Shown: in pieces, positions 28,834-38,575 of the stretch | Position numbering within the stretch: position 1 is the first letter of the stretch | Layout: every line of letters starts with the position of its first letter | From: Phycisphaerales bacterium | Lineage (GTDB): Bacteria > Planctomycetota > Phycisphaerae > WQYP01 | Length of the DNA stretch: 64,000 nucleotides | Assembly: GCA_013044165.1 (NCBI GenBank) | Contig: JABEVB010000161.1 | Span: forward strand, 13,451 to 77,450 | Reading direction: 5' to 3' | Notes under the pieces: generated by a model | Told to the model about the DNA's origin: nothing | Database searches by the model: none | What the model saw: the letters and a program-made list of their open reading frames with translations, nothing else | Made by a program: the position numbers and the translations under genes

Positions 28834-29103
28834 ATGCACCGCATTACCATTCTCACCAAGCCCAACTGCCCAGCCTGCGATGCCGCCTGCAAAGTAGTTG
28901 ATCTGGTACTCTCGCGCCACATGATCGCCCTGATCGAGCGTATAGACATCACCACCGATGCCGACCTGTTGGCAAAATATCAGAACGATGTGCCGGTCGT
29001 GCTGGTTGACGGGCAAGAAAAGTTCCGCGGAACCGTAGACCCCGAGAAGCTTGCCCGCTGCTTTTTTGATGAGTTTGGCGAAAGGCTTGTGGCATTCAAT
29101 TAA
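28834..29103 (+). CDS. glutaredoxin-like protein (DUF836-type thioredoxin fold)
   Basis: MHRITILTKPNCPACDAACKVV…VPVVLVDGQE. CPAC motif. 89 aa. Confidence 0.8.
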   Translation: MHRITILTKPNCPACDAACKVVDLVLSRHMIALIERIDITTDADLLAKYQNDVPVVLVDGQEKFRGTVDPEKLARCFFDEFGERLVAFN

Positions 29104-29132
29104 CCTGCCGCCCCGTTATTTTGGAACCTGCT

Positions 29133-29555
29133 ATGCCCGAATCGGAATCACCCATTGAGCGTCCAAAGTGCTCGCTGACCATTCGCGTGCGTTACGTCGA
29201 ATGCGACCCAATGGGCTACCTGCACCATTCCAACTACCTGCCCTACTTCGAAATGGGTCGCACCGAGCTATTGCGGCAAAGCGGCGCCAACTACCGCGAT
29301 CTGGAAGAACAGGGCTTCTTTTTTGTTGTGGCAAAAATTGCCGTCAACTTTCGCCGCCCGGCACGCTACGATGATCCGCTTGAACTGATCACGCGCATCA
29401 CCCGCCAAACGCATGTACGAATAGATCACGCCTACGAACTCTACCATCAGGAGTCGCGCCTTTTGCTCGCCACCGCTGAAACCACCATCGCCTGCGTAGA
29501 CCACCAGGGAAAAATCACCGCCATTCCCGAATCGCTGGGAGCAAAACGAATTTAA
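29133..29555 (+). CDS. acyl-CoA thioesterase, YbgC/FadM (4HBT hotdog) family
   Basis: …IRVRYVECDPMGYLHHSNYLPYFEMGRTELLR…FFFVVAKIAVNFRRPARYDD…. Confidence 0.85.
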   Translation: MPESESPIERPKCSLTIRVRYVECDPMGYLHHSNYLPYFEMGRTELLRQSGANYRDLEEQGFFFVVAKIAVNFRRPARYDDPLELITRITRQTHVRIDHAYELYHQESRLLLATAETTIACVDHQGKITAIPESLGAKRI

Positions 29556-29875
29556 TCGCAGCAGCGATGCATATCACGTCCGCAAGAAGTTTCGCCAAGT
29601 CCTGAACGTACGCTCCACCGGCTACGATTGCATCGCAGTTCGCCGCAGCCGTCTGCTCCGCTCTCCACGCCGGCTATATGAGCGTTTAGCAGCGCGACAA
29701 CGCAAACCGGCTTTGCCTGCAATAAAGGCACAGGCAAGGCACCCGGCAGCCCCTGTCAGCCACCGCTCGGAAGTTGCGGCCGTTTGGAGCGCCACGGCCG
29801 TTTTTGGGCAAAATTCAAAACTTGCAGTAGCGGCAGCATTGAGGTAAATTATGTGGCTCCAAGCGTCCCGCAAAC

Positions 29876-29949
29876 GGGGGCGTAGCTCAATTGGTTAGAG
29901 CATCGGATTGTCGATCCGAAGGTTGCGGGTTCGAGCCCCGTCGCCCTCG
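29876..29949 (+). tRNA. tRNA-Asp (anticodon GUC)
   Basis: GGGGGCGTAGCTCAATTGGTTAGAGCATCGGATTGTCGATCCGAAGGTTGCGGGTTCGAGCCCCGTCGCCCTCG. Anticodon loop TTGTCGA, T loop TTCGAGC. Confidence 0.92.
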
Positions 29950-30039
29950 CTTGGTTTGTTGACCCGCCTTAACAACCTCAATTTTCGCAGTTAGCCGAAG
30001 TAGAAGTCTCACGTCCAGGTCCGGGGTATACCAGACGCA

Positions 30040-30183
30040 ATGAAAGAACTCCGGATATCCGTTGAAGAACGGGGGCGACTCGTTGCGCTGCACAGGGTTA
30101 CAGGTAACGATGTGACGGTAATTGCAACTGCGGAGCTGATAGCTGATGAAAATGTCAGTTTGTCGGGCGCGTCGGCTCTGTAA
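30040..30183 (+). CDS. 47-codon ORF next to tRNA-Asp (hypothetical; possible remnant)
   Basis: MKELRISVEERGRLVALHRVTGNDVTVIATAELIADENVSLSGASAL*. No convincing RBS. It vaguely resembles an HTH N-terminal fragment. Confidence 0.15.
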   Translation: MKELRISVEERGRLVALHRVTGNDVTVIATAELIADENVSLSGASAL

Positions 30184-30256
30184 GCGTTCTAAGGCTCAAG
30201 CAGCGCCGCCGGGCTGATTGACAGGTGACGCCGGGCCATTGAACGTTCCAATCGGC

Positions 30257-30305
30257 TTTACAGTTTTTTTACAGGCAAGACCTCCATTTTTACAGCATTT
30301 TTAGA
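30257..30305 (+). promoter_or_regulatory. two pairs of TTTACA-type direct repeats with 11-bp phasing (candidate KdpE boxes) plus a -10 TAATAT at about 30316
   Basis: TTTACAgttttTTTACA (30257-30273) and TTTACAgcattTTTAGA (30289-30305). Coordinates may be off by 1 nt. Confidence 0.5.
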
Positions 30306-30358
30306 CGCAGACTCCTAATATCGCCAGCAGAGTTGGCGCAAGCTATAGAGGAGTTGCC

Positions 30359-30448
30359 ATGGATGTTTTGTGCCTCGGAATTATTTTGACTCTGGCCCTC
30401 GCCACGTGGGCGCTGGCCAAACTGTGTGAATTTTTAGGAGATCGCTGA
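30359..30448 (+). CDS. unannotated 29-aa hydrophobic peptide translationally coupled to kdpF
   Basis: GAGGAG SD, then ATG 30359. Translation is MDVLCLGIILTLALATWALAKLCEFLGDR*. Its TGA overlaps the kdpF ATG (TGATG). Confidence 0.4.
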   Translation: MDVLCLGIILTLALATWALAKLCEFLGDR

Positions 30449-30537
30449 TGACTGTCATGTACTGGATCGGCTTGGTGCTTGCAGGAGCCCTTTTGATTTA
30501 CTTAATTGTTGCGATGCTTTTTCCGGAGAAATTCTGA
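30448..30537 (+). CDS. kdpF: K+-transporting ATPase subunit F
   Basis: MTVMYWIGLVLAGALLIYLIVAMLFPEKF* is 29 aa with the typical KdpF ending (P-E-K-F). Its TGA overlaps the kdpA ATG. It is too short for the ORF track. Confidence 0.8.
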   Translation: MTVMYWIGLVLAGALLIYLIVAMLFPEKF

Positions 30538-32315
30538 TGCCTGCCATAGCCTGGATTCAAATGCTTGTGTTTCTGCTGGTGCTTATGGCCCTGGTCAAAC
30601 CCTTGGGAGCTTTTATGGCCCGGGTGTATGAAGGCCGGCCCTGCGGTTTGAATAAGCCGCTGGGATGGTTGGAGCGGCTGACATATCGGGCGGCGGGCGT
30701 TAAACCCAATCAGCCGATGTCATGGAAGACGTATGCGCTGGCACTGCTGCTCTTTAACGCATTGGGCGGATTGGTGGTGTATAGCTTGCAGCGTCTGCAA
30801 GGCTCGCTGCCGCTAAATCCGGAGCATCTTGGCGCCGTACCCCCCTATTTGGCGTTAAATACAGCCATCAGTTTTATCAGCAATACCAATTGGCAAAGCT
30901 ATAACGGCGAAACAACATTAAGTTACTTAACGCAAATGCTGGGGCTGACCGTGCAGAACTTCGTCTCCGCGGCCACCGGTATGGCGGTGCTGGTGGCATT
31001 GATCCGTGGAATCCGGGGCAAACAGGCTGATAACATCGGCAACTTCTGGGTAGATCTGGTTCGCAGCACACTTTATATTCTCCTGCCTCTGTCTTTTATT
31101 CTGGCATTGATTCTCGTGTCTCAGGGTGTGGTGCAAACGCTTTCGCCGTATAAAACCGTTGCGCTGCTGCAGCCTGTAAGCTATGTACAATCCACAACAA
31201 ATGCGGCGGGCCAAACCATAAATAAGACGGTTTGGGTCAAACAGCAGGTATTGCCCTTAGGCCCCGCAGCCTCGCAGATCGCCATAAAGCAGCTTGGCAC
31301 AAATGGGGGTGGGTTTTTTGGCGTCAATTCAGCACATCCATTTGAGAATCCCAATGCGCTAAGCAACCTGCTGGAGATGCTGGCCATTCTTCTAATACCG
31401 GCCGCACTCTGTTACACCTTTGGTTGCATGGTGGGTGACACACGGCAGGGATGGGCCATTCTTGCGACGATGATGATCATATTTGTTCCGCTGATGGTCG
31501 GTTGCGTGTGGGCCGAACATGCCGGCAATCCAACAATCGCGGCATCAGGCGTGAATCAGACCCCATCGGCGCTGATGTCCGGCGGCAATATGGAGGGTAA
31601 GGAGACACGCTTCGGCGTTACCGATTCTGCCATTTGGGCCAGCGCTACCACCGCCGCTTCCAACGGATCTGTAAATTCTATGCTCGATTCTTATACGCCA
31701 TTGGGTGGCCTGGTACCGATGTGGCTGATGGAACTGGGCGAAGTCATTTTTGGCGGCGTGGGGTCTGGTCTTTATGGTATGTTGATGTTTGTCATTGTCG
31801 CGGTATTTATCGCCGGTCTGATGGTAGGTCGCACACCGGAATACATGGGTAAAAAGATCGAAGCCTTCGAGATGAAAATGGCGACCATTTGCGTGCTCGT
31901 GCCGCCGGCACTGGTATTGGCATCCGCGGCTATTGCATGTGTTACCGTGATGGGAACAAGCGCCTTGGGCAACCCCGGCGAGCACGGCTTTTCAGAAATT
32001 CTGTACTGGGCGAGTTCCACAGGCAATAACAACGGCAGCGCATTTGCAGGACTGAGCACCAACACGCCATTTTACAACTTGGTGGGTGGTGTTGTCATGT
32101 GGATATCACGCTATTTTCTGATCATTCCAACGCTGGCGTTGGCGGGTGCGCTGGCCCGCAAAAAGAGAGTTCCCATTTCCAGTGGCACGCTGCCAACCCA
32201 TGATGTGCTCTTTACCTGTTGGCTGGTTGCCACGGTGGTTCTCATCGGGGCGTTGACGTTTCTGCCCGCTTTGGCATCAGGGCCCATTGTGGAATATCTG
32301 CATCTATGGCGATGA
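30537..32315 (+). CDS. kdpA: K+-transporting ATPase subunit A
   Basis: 592 aa, polytopic. …NTNWQSYNGETTLSYLTQM…LGTNGGGFFGVNSAHPFENP…. Confidence 0.97.
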   Translation: MPAIAWIQMLVFLLVLMALVKPLGAFMARVYEGRPCGLNKPLGWLERLTYRAAGVKPNQPMSWKTYALALLLFNALGGLVVYSLQRLQGSLPLNPEHLGAVPPYLALNTAISFISNTNWQSYNGETTLSYLTQMLGLTVQNFVSAATGMAVLVALIRGIRGKQADNIGNFWVDLVRSTLYILLPLSFILALILVSQGVVQTLSPYKTVALLQPVSYVQSTTNAAGQTINKTVWVKQQVLPLGPAASQIAIKQLGTNGGGFFGVNSAHPFENPNALSNLLEMLAILLIPAALCYTFGCMVGDTRQGWAILATMMIIFVPLMVGCVWAEHAGNPTIAASGVNQTPSALMSGGNMEGKETRFGVTDSAIWASATTAASNGSVNSMLDSYTPLGGLVPMWLMELGEVIFGGVGSGLYGMLMFVIVAVFIAGLMVGRTPEYMGKKIEAFEMKMATICVLVPPALVLASAAIACVTVMGTSALGNPGEHGFSEILYWASSTGNNNGSAFAGLSTNTPFYNLVGGVVMWISRYFLIIPTLALAGALARKKRVPISSGTLPTHDVLFTCWLVATVVLIGALTFLPALASGPIVEYLHLWR

Positions 32316-32366
32316 CCCAAAGCCTATTGGATTTTGCCTTGATCTTTTCGAGGAGTTGCAATCACC

Positions 32367-34433
32367 ATGGCTGCGAAATCAACATCTCTATTCAATAGAG
32401 CCATTGCCCGGCGAGCCATTGCAGAGTCATTTAAAAAGCTCGATCCCCGAATTCAATTTCGTAATCCGGTGATGTTTGTTGTTTATATTGGCAGCATTCT
32501 GACCAGCGGCTTATTTATTCAGGCTCTCTTCGGGCATGGTGAGGCCTCGCCTGGATTTATTCTGGCCATCAGCCTCTGGCTCTGGTTTACGGTGATATTC
32601 GCCAATTTTGCTGAAGCCATGGCCGAAGGCCGCGGCAAAGCGCAAGCCGACACCCTGCGCCGCGCCCGGCGCGATACTATGGCAACAAAACTCGCCGAAG
32701 CCCGACGCGATGCAACGGCGGAAACGGTTTCGGCCACCACACTGCGCAAGGGAGACTTCATTCTGGTGGAGGCCGGAGGCATCATTCCCGCCGACGGAGA
32801 AGTTATCGAGGGAGTTGCCTCCGTGGATGAATCGGCGATTACCGGAGAGTCTGCCCCGGTTATTCGAGAATCCGGTGGTGACCGCTCGAGCGTGACGGGT
32901 GGCACGCGCGTACTTTCCGACTGGCTGGTTATTTGCGTGGGATGCAACCCAGGTGAAACTTTTCTGGATCGCATGATTGCGATGGTAGAAGGGGCCAAGC
33001 GCCGGAAAACTCCCAATGAAATCGCGCTGAACATACTGCTGGCCAAGCTGACAATTATATTTCTTTTAGCCACCGTCACGCTGCTGCCATTTTCGATTTA
33101 TGCGGTCCATGCTACCGGTCATGGAGCGCCCATCTCGGTAACTGTCCTGGTGGCACTGCTGGTTTGCCTGATTCCCACCACTATTGGCGGTTTGCTCTCG
33201 GCCATTGGCATCGCCGGCATGGATCGGATGATCCAGAAAAATGTGATTGCGACATCAGGTCGTGCTGTGGAAGCGGCAGGCAACGTGGATGTCCTGTTAT
33301 TGGATAAAACTGGAACGATCACCCTGGGCAATCGGCAGGCGGTCAATTTTATTGCCGCCGAAGGCGTAACGGTAGAGCAACTGGCCGATGCGGCGCAGCT
33401 TTCGTCTATTGCAGATGAGACACCGGAAGGCCGCAGTATTGCGGTGTTGGCCAAGGAGCGCTATCAGCTTCGCGAACGGCAATTAAGTTCACTTCAGGCG
33501 CAATTCATTCCATTTACGGCACAAACTCGGATGAGCGGTGTAGATATCGTGGGCCACAACATTCGTAAAGGTGCAGCCGATGCTATTGCTGCGTATGTAT
33601 CCGAACTTGGGGGTGACTTTTCCAGTTCCATCAGAGCGGCCGTAGACGAAATATCGCGCCGCGGTGGCACCCCTCTGGCTGTGGCGGATGGCATGAAAGT
33701 ATTGGGTGTTATAGAGCTGAAAGATATTGTCAAAGGCGGTATCAAAGAGCGCTTTGCTGAATTACGCCGTATGGGCATCAAAACGGTGATGATTACCGGA
33801 GACAACCCCTTAACTGCCGCCGCGATCGCCGCCGAAGCGGGCGTGGATGATTTTCTCGCCGAGGCCACACCCGAAACCAAACTCAAACTCATTCGCGAAT
33901 ATCAGCAGGGTGGGCGACTGGTCGCGATGACTGGTGACGGAACCAATGATGCCCCTGCGCTGGCTCAGGCTGATGTGGCCGTAGCCATGAACTCCGGCAC
34001 GCAGGCCGCGAAAGAAGCCGGCAACATGGTAGACCTTGATTCCAACCCCACCAAACTCATTGAAGTCATCGAAACGGGCAAACAACTGCTGATGACGCGC
34101 GGTTCCCTGACTACTTTTTCGGTTGCCAATGATGTGAGTAAATATTTCGCCATTATCCCCGCGATATTTGCGGGCATCTATCCGGCGATGGGACGGCTGA
34201 ACATTATGCACCTTGCTACGCCGCAGAGCGCCATTATGTCGGCGGTTATTTTTAATGCTCTGATCATCATTGTCCTGGTCCCACTGGCGCTGCGCGGTGT
34301 AAAATACAAGCCCATGCCCGCCGGCAAATTGCTTTTGCAGAATGTTCTTCTTTATGGCGTCGGCGGCCTGATTGTGCCATTCATCGGAATCAAACTTATT
34401 GACATGGCTCTGGTGGCCATGCATCTGGCCTAA
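32367..34433 (+). CDS. kdpB: K+-transporting ATPase subunit B (P-type ATPase)
   Basis: DKTGTIT phosphorylation motif, [18 protein letters not shown] hinge, TGES-type motif (ITGESAPV). Confidence 0.97.
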   Translation: MAAKSTSLFNRAIARRAIAESFKKLDPRIQFRNPVMFVVYIGSILTSGLFIQALFGHGEASPGFILAISLWLWFTVIFANFAEAMAEGRGKAQADTLRRARRDTMATKLAEARRDATAETVSATTLRKGDFILVEAGGIIPADGEVIEGVASVDESAITGESAPVIRESGGDRSSVTGGTRVLSDWLVICVGCNPGETFLDRMIAMVEGAKRRKTPNEIALNILLAKLTIIFLLATVTLLPFSIYAVHATGHGAPISVTVLVALLVCLIPTTIGGLLSAIGIAGMDRMIQKNVIATSGRAVEAAGNVDVLLLDKTGTITLGNRQAVNFIAAEGVTVEQLADAAQLSSIADETPEGRSIAVLAKERYQLRERQLSSLQAQFIPFTAQTRMSGVDIVGHNIRKGAADAIAAYVSELGGDFSSSIRAAVDEISRRGGTPLAVADGMKVLGVIELKDIVKGGIKERFAELRRMGIKTVMITGDNPLTAAAIAAEAGVDDFLAEATPETKLKLIREYQQGGRLVAMTGDGTNDAPALAQADVAVAMNSGTQAAKEAGNMVDLDSNPTKLIEVIETGKQLLMTRGSLTTFSVANDVSKYFAIIPAIFAGIYPAMGRLNIMHLATPQSAIMSAVIFNALIIIVLVPLALRGVKYKPMPAGKLLLQNVLLYGVGGLIVPFIGIKLIDMALVAMHLA

Positions 34434-34461
34434 GACCCGCGTGTTGAAAGGAATAATCTAT

Positions 34462-35076
34462 ATGTGGCCACAGATTCGTCCGGCAATTGTGGTGTTTGTT
34501 ATCTTATCGGCCATCACGGGACTCGCATATCCTCTGCTGGTTACCGGAATTGCCGCCGTGGCTTTTCCGTGGCGGGCCAATGGCAGCGTCGTAACCAATG
34601 ATACGGGCAAAGCCGTGGGTTCACGCCTGATTGGCCAATATTTTTCTGAGCCTGGGTATTTCTGGCCGCGTCCCTCGGCAACATCGCCCGTCCCCTACAC
34701 CTCCTATAGTGGCACGCCGGCCAGTTGTGCAACAGGCTCGAATTCAGGGCCGACGAATCCCGCTCTATTTGCCGCGGTAAAACGCCGCGTAGCCCGGCTC
34801 AGGGCGGCCAATCCCACGGAAAAGGGGCCGGTTCCGGTGGATCTTGTAACCTCCAGCGCCAGCGGGTTAGATCCCGACATCAGCGCGGCGGCGGCTTATT
34901 ACCAGGTGGCCCGCGTGGCCAAGGCTCGTGGTTTACCCGCGACGGAAGTACGGCAGTTGGTTGAGCATTTCTGTCGGGGACGACTTGGGGGTGTACTGGG
35001 CTCTCCGCATGTAAATGTCCTGATGCTCAATTTGGCCCTCGATCGGTTATCATCGCACAAGACTCCCCGGGGATAA
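34462..35076 (+). CDS. kdpC: K+-transporting ATPase subunit C
   Basis: [31 protein letters not shown]…[10 protein letters not shown]…. ATG 34462 lies inside ORF 34372..35076. Confidence 0.93.
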   Translation: MWPQIRPAIVVFVILSAITGLAYPLLVTGIAAVAFPWRANGSVVTNDTGKAVGSRLIGQYFSEPGYFWPRPSATSPVPYTSYSGTPASCATGSNSGPTNPALFAAVKRRVARLRAANPTEKGPVPVDLVTSSASGLDPDISAAAAYYQVARVAKARGLPATEVRQLVEHFCRGRLGGVLGSPHVNVLMLNLALDRLSSHKTPRG

Positions 35077-35079
35077 TTC

Positions 35080-37761
35080 ATGGTAAGTACACATGACCCA
35101 CAGCGGCCCGATCCTGATGCCCTGCTGCTTCAAATAAAAAAGCAGGAAGAATCGCAGCGCCGCGGCAAGCTGAAGATATTTTTTGGCGCTTCGGCCGGGG
35201 TCGGAAAAACCTACGCCATGCTGGAAGATGCGCGAAAGCGAGCCATGGATGGCGTACGCGTTCTGGTAGGCTACGCCGAACCACATATTCGCCCGGAAAC
35301 CGAAGCGCTGCTTTTGGGCATGGATATTCTTGCCTATAAAATAATTGAGTACAATGGAACAACACTCAAGGAATTTGATCTTGATGCGGCCATCGAGAAG
35401 GCTCCGGAGTTAATATTAGTTGATGAACTGGCGCATACTAACGCCCCCGGCATGCGGCATACCAAACGCTGGCAGGATGTGGCGGAGCTTCTTGCTGCGG
35501 GGATAGATGTATATACAACGCTCAATGTACAGCATCTCGAATCGGTCAATGATATTGTGGAGCGGGCCACCGGCGTAAAGGTGAAAGAGACACTTCCCGA
35601 TTCGGTCTTTCAGAGCGCTGATGAAGTACAACTGGTGGACTTGCCGCCAGAAAAGCTCATCGAACGCCTCGAAGAGGGAAAGATTTACGCGCCTGATCGG
35701 GCCGCCGCCGCGTTGCGGCACTTTTTCAGTATGGGCAATCTGCTTGCCCTGCGCGAACTCGCATTGCGCCGCACCGCCGATCGTATCAATCAGGATATAG
35801 ACACGCTGCGTCAGGGGCACGCGGCCGCCAAGGCTTCGGCCGTATCGGAACGCATCATGGTGTGCGTGGGGCCGAGTCCATTTTCGGCCAACCTGGTGCG
35901 CACCGCCGCGCGGATGGCCGCCGCCTGGAAAGCCCCGTGGATTGCCGTATATGTTGAAGTACAAACGTCTTCCGGTCTTTCCGAAGCCGCTCGGCAACGT
36001 GTCACGCGCACTCTGAACCTGGCTGAGCAACTGGGTGGCGAGGTCGTGACACTGGCGGGCGTTAGTGCGGACGTGGAAATTATAGCTTATGCACAGCGAA
36101 GGCACGTGGCACGCATCATTGTCGGCAAACCCGCGGTACGAGGCTGGCGCCGCTGGCTGCACCGTTCATTTGTGGACAGACTGATTCAACGCAGCGGAGA
36201 TATCAATCTTGAACTGATTCGTGAAGATGCGGATCGCACATCTACCGCGCCGCTGCGGTCTGAGACTGAAAGATGGGACCTGCGCGGATTAACCTGGGCC
36301 TTTGCCATTGCAGGGTTTAACACCGCACTGGGTATTATTCTGTGCCATGTTCTGGGGTTGTCGAACATCAATGTGATCATGTTTTACCTGTTGGGGGTAA
36401 TATGGATATCCGCCCGCTACAGCCGCTTTGTCGGGACCATGACCGCCGTTGTCAGTGTTGCACTATTCGATTTTACCGTGGTGCCCCCCTATTATTCGTT
36501 TGCTGTTTCCGATACGCAATATTTACTGACCTTTGCCGCCATGATGGCGACGGGCATTTACATCAGCATGCTGGCGACTCGCCTGCGCAGGCAGGAACTG
36601 CTGGCGCGATCGCGCCAGCAGCATGTCGAAATGCTTCTTAAATCGAGCCGCGAGCTTATTGTCTGTTCCGATCACAAAACATTACTGAAGGTTTCAGTCG
36701 AGCATGTGGCTGAATTCTTCGCATCCCCGGCAGGTGTGATACTTCTGGGGCCGGCAGGGCGGCCTGTCGTGGCGCATGCGTCGCCCGATTTAGTGCTTGA
36801 TGATAAAGAACTTGGTGTAGCCGATTGGGTTATTCGACATGGCGAAAAGGCCGGCGCGGGCACATCCACGTTACCCTCGGCGCGAGCCATTTACTTGCCG
36901 CTCAAAGGTGTTCGATCAACTCTGGGCGCACTGTGCCTGATTCCTGCGACATCGGCACAACTCACTTATCCCGAACAGATGCGCACGGTAGAATCTTTTG
37001 CTGCACAAATGGCCATGGCTTTTGAAAGGATCATGCTTTCAGAGGAATCACAACGCGCCTGGGAGCAAACCGAACGCGAGGTACTCCGCAACACATTGCT
37101 GTCGGCGGTATCGCACGATTTGCGAACGCCGCTGGCGGCCATTACCGGTGCCGCCACCAGCCTGCTGCAGGCAGGCGACGTTCTTACTGCCGAAATCCGG
37201 GAATATCTTCTGCACACGATTGCGCAGGAATCCATGCGTATGGAACGCCTGATCGGCAAATTACTCGATATGACGCGGCTGGAGGCCGGTGAAACTCGAG
37301 TCGCACGGGAACTATTTGATGTGGGAGAGGTGATTGTTTCAGCGGTAGATCGCTGGCGTCAGAATGACCAGCATCGCGCCTTTAAACTCGACATTGCCGA
37401 CTCTCTGCCGCAGGTGTCAGGTGATCCACTGCTGATTGAGCAGGTACTTTCTAATCTCATTGAGAATGCGATGGAACATGCTCCGAGCGAATCTCCCATC
37501 GAAATTCAGGCGATGACGCGCGGTTCCATGGTGCTGATTCGGGTGATGGACCGCGGCCCCGGCCTGCCACCGCATGATACCCAACGTATTTTTGAGAAAT
37601 TCTTTCGCGGCGGAGCCAATGCATCGCGCTCGGCTGGGCTGGGGCTTGGCCTGGCAATCTGTCGAGCGATTATGCAGTTGCATCAGGGCTCCATCAGCGC
37701 CCGAAACCGCGATGGTGGTGGCGCGGAATTTCAGGTATTGCTGCCCACACTTACAGGTTGA
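35080..37761 (+). CDS. kdpD: sensor histidine kinase KdpD
   Basis: N-terminal KdpD domain with Walker A (FFGASAGVGKTYAM), USP-like region, 4 TM helices, GAF-like region, H-box (SAVSHDLRTPLAAI) and HATPase (GLGLGLAICRAI). Confidence 0.95.
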   Translation: MVSTHDPQRPDPDALLLQIKKQEESQRRGKLKIFFGASAGVGKTYAMLEDARKRAMDGVRVLVGYAEPHIRPETEALLLGMDILAYKIIEYNGTTLKEFDLDAAIEKAPELILVDELAHTNAPGMRHTKRWQDVAELLAAGIDVYTTLNVQHLESVNDIVERATGVKVKETLPDSVFQSADEVQLVDLPPEKLIERLEEGKIYAPDRAAAALRHFFSMGNLLALRELALRRTADRINQDIDTLRQGHAAAKASAVSERIMVCVGPSPFSANLVRTAARMAAAWKAPWIAVYVEVQTSSGLSEAARQRVTRTLNLAEQLGGEVVTLAGVSADVEIIAYAQRRHVARIIVGKPAVRGWRRWLHRSFVDRLIQRSGDINLELIREDADRTSTAPLRSETERWDLRGLTWAFAIAGFNTALGIILCHVLGLSNINVIMFYLLGVIWISARYSRFVGTMTAVVSVALFDFTVVPPYYSFAVSDTQYLLTFAAMMATGIYISMLATRLRRQELLARSRQQHVEMLLKSSRELIVCSDHKTLLKVSVEHVAEFFASPAGVILLGPAGRPVVAHASPDLVLDDKELGVADWVIRHGEKAGAGTSTLPSARAIYLPLKGVRSTLGALCLIPATSAQLTYPEQMRTVESFAAQMAMAFERIMLSEESQRAWEQTEREVLRNTLLSAVSHDLRTPLAAITGAATSLLQAGDVLTAEIREYLLHTIAQESMRMERLIGKLLDMTRLEAGETRVARELFDVGEVIVSAVDRWRQNDQHRAFKLDIADSLPQVSGDPLLIEQVLSNLIENAMEHAPSESPIEIQAMTRGSMVLIRVMDRGPGLPPHDTQRIFEKFFRGGANASRSAGLGLGLAICRAIMQLHQGSISARNRDGGGAEFQVLLPTLTG

Positions 37762-37793
37762 CGACCTGGATCGCGGAGGTTTTGATTTATTTT

Positions 37794-38492
37794 ATGGCCA
37801 ATGCAGCTGCAGTGATTCTGGTGGTGGAAGACGACCCTCCCATTGGGCGGTTTTTACGGGCGGCGCTGGATGCCAATGGATACCGCGTTCTTGAGGCGGC
37901 CACCTGCGCCAAAGCCATGATGTTGTTTAATCAAATGGCTCCGGATGCGGTCATCCTCGATTTGGGCATGCCGGATTGCGACGGCATGGAAGTGGTGCGT
38001 CATATTCGAAGGCTTGCGGGCACTCCAATACTGATCGTATCGGCACGTGGGCATGAACGAGGAAAAATCGAGGCTCTTGATGCGGGTGCCGACGATTATC
38101 TCACCAAGCCATTTGGCATCGGCGAGCTCTTGGCGCGTTTGCGCGTTGCCCTGCGTCGTCCGATACGAATGGACGAGCCAAGCGAGGGCATGGTGACGGT
38201 CGGAGATATCACCGTGAAGCCCGACTCCCGTGAAGTAACCGTGGCCGGGCGGCAGGTGCACCTGACACCGCATGAATATCGCCTGCTGATGGTGTTGTTG
38301 CGTCATGCTGGTAAGGTTCTGACCCACAAACAACTGCTTAAAGAGGTATGGGGCGTGGGTTACGGGTTTGAAACGCACTATGTGCGTATTTATATGAACC
38401 AGCTTAGAAAGAAAATTGAGCCTGCCCCATCGCAGCCACGCTATATCTATACAGAGATTGGCGTTGGCTACCGCTTTAATGCCGAGGATTGA
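37794..38492 (+). CDS. kdpE: OmpR-family response regulator KdpE
   Basis: Receiver domain (VILVVEDDPPIGRFL…DLGMPDCDG) plus winged-helix domain (…YVRIYMNQLRKKIE…GVGYRF). ATG 37794 is 12 nt after GGAGG. Confidence 0.93.
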   Translation: MANAAAVILVVEDDPPIGRFLRAALDANGYRVLEAATCAKAMMLFNQMAPDAVILDLGMPDCDGMEVVRHIRRLAGTPILIVSARGHERGKIEALDAGADDYLTKPFGIGELLARLRVALRRPIRMDEPSEGMVTVGDITVKPDSREVTVAGRQVHLTPHEYRLLMVLLRHAGKVLTHKQLLKEVWGVGYGFETHYVRIYMNQLRKKIEPAPSQPRYIYTEIGVGYRFNAED

Positions 38493-38575
38493 CGCGACGG
38501 AGCAAGCAGCCCGATGGCTATGACTTGCGATTGCGATCAAAGGCGGATTGCGGCTGACCGCTGACGCCAAAACTG

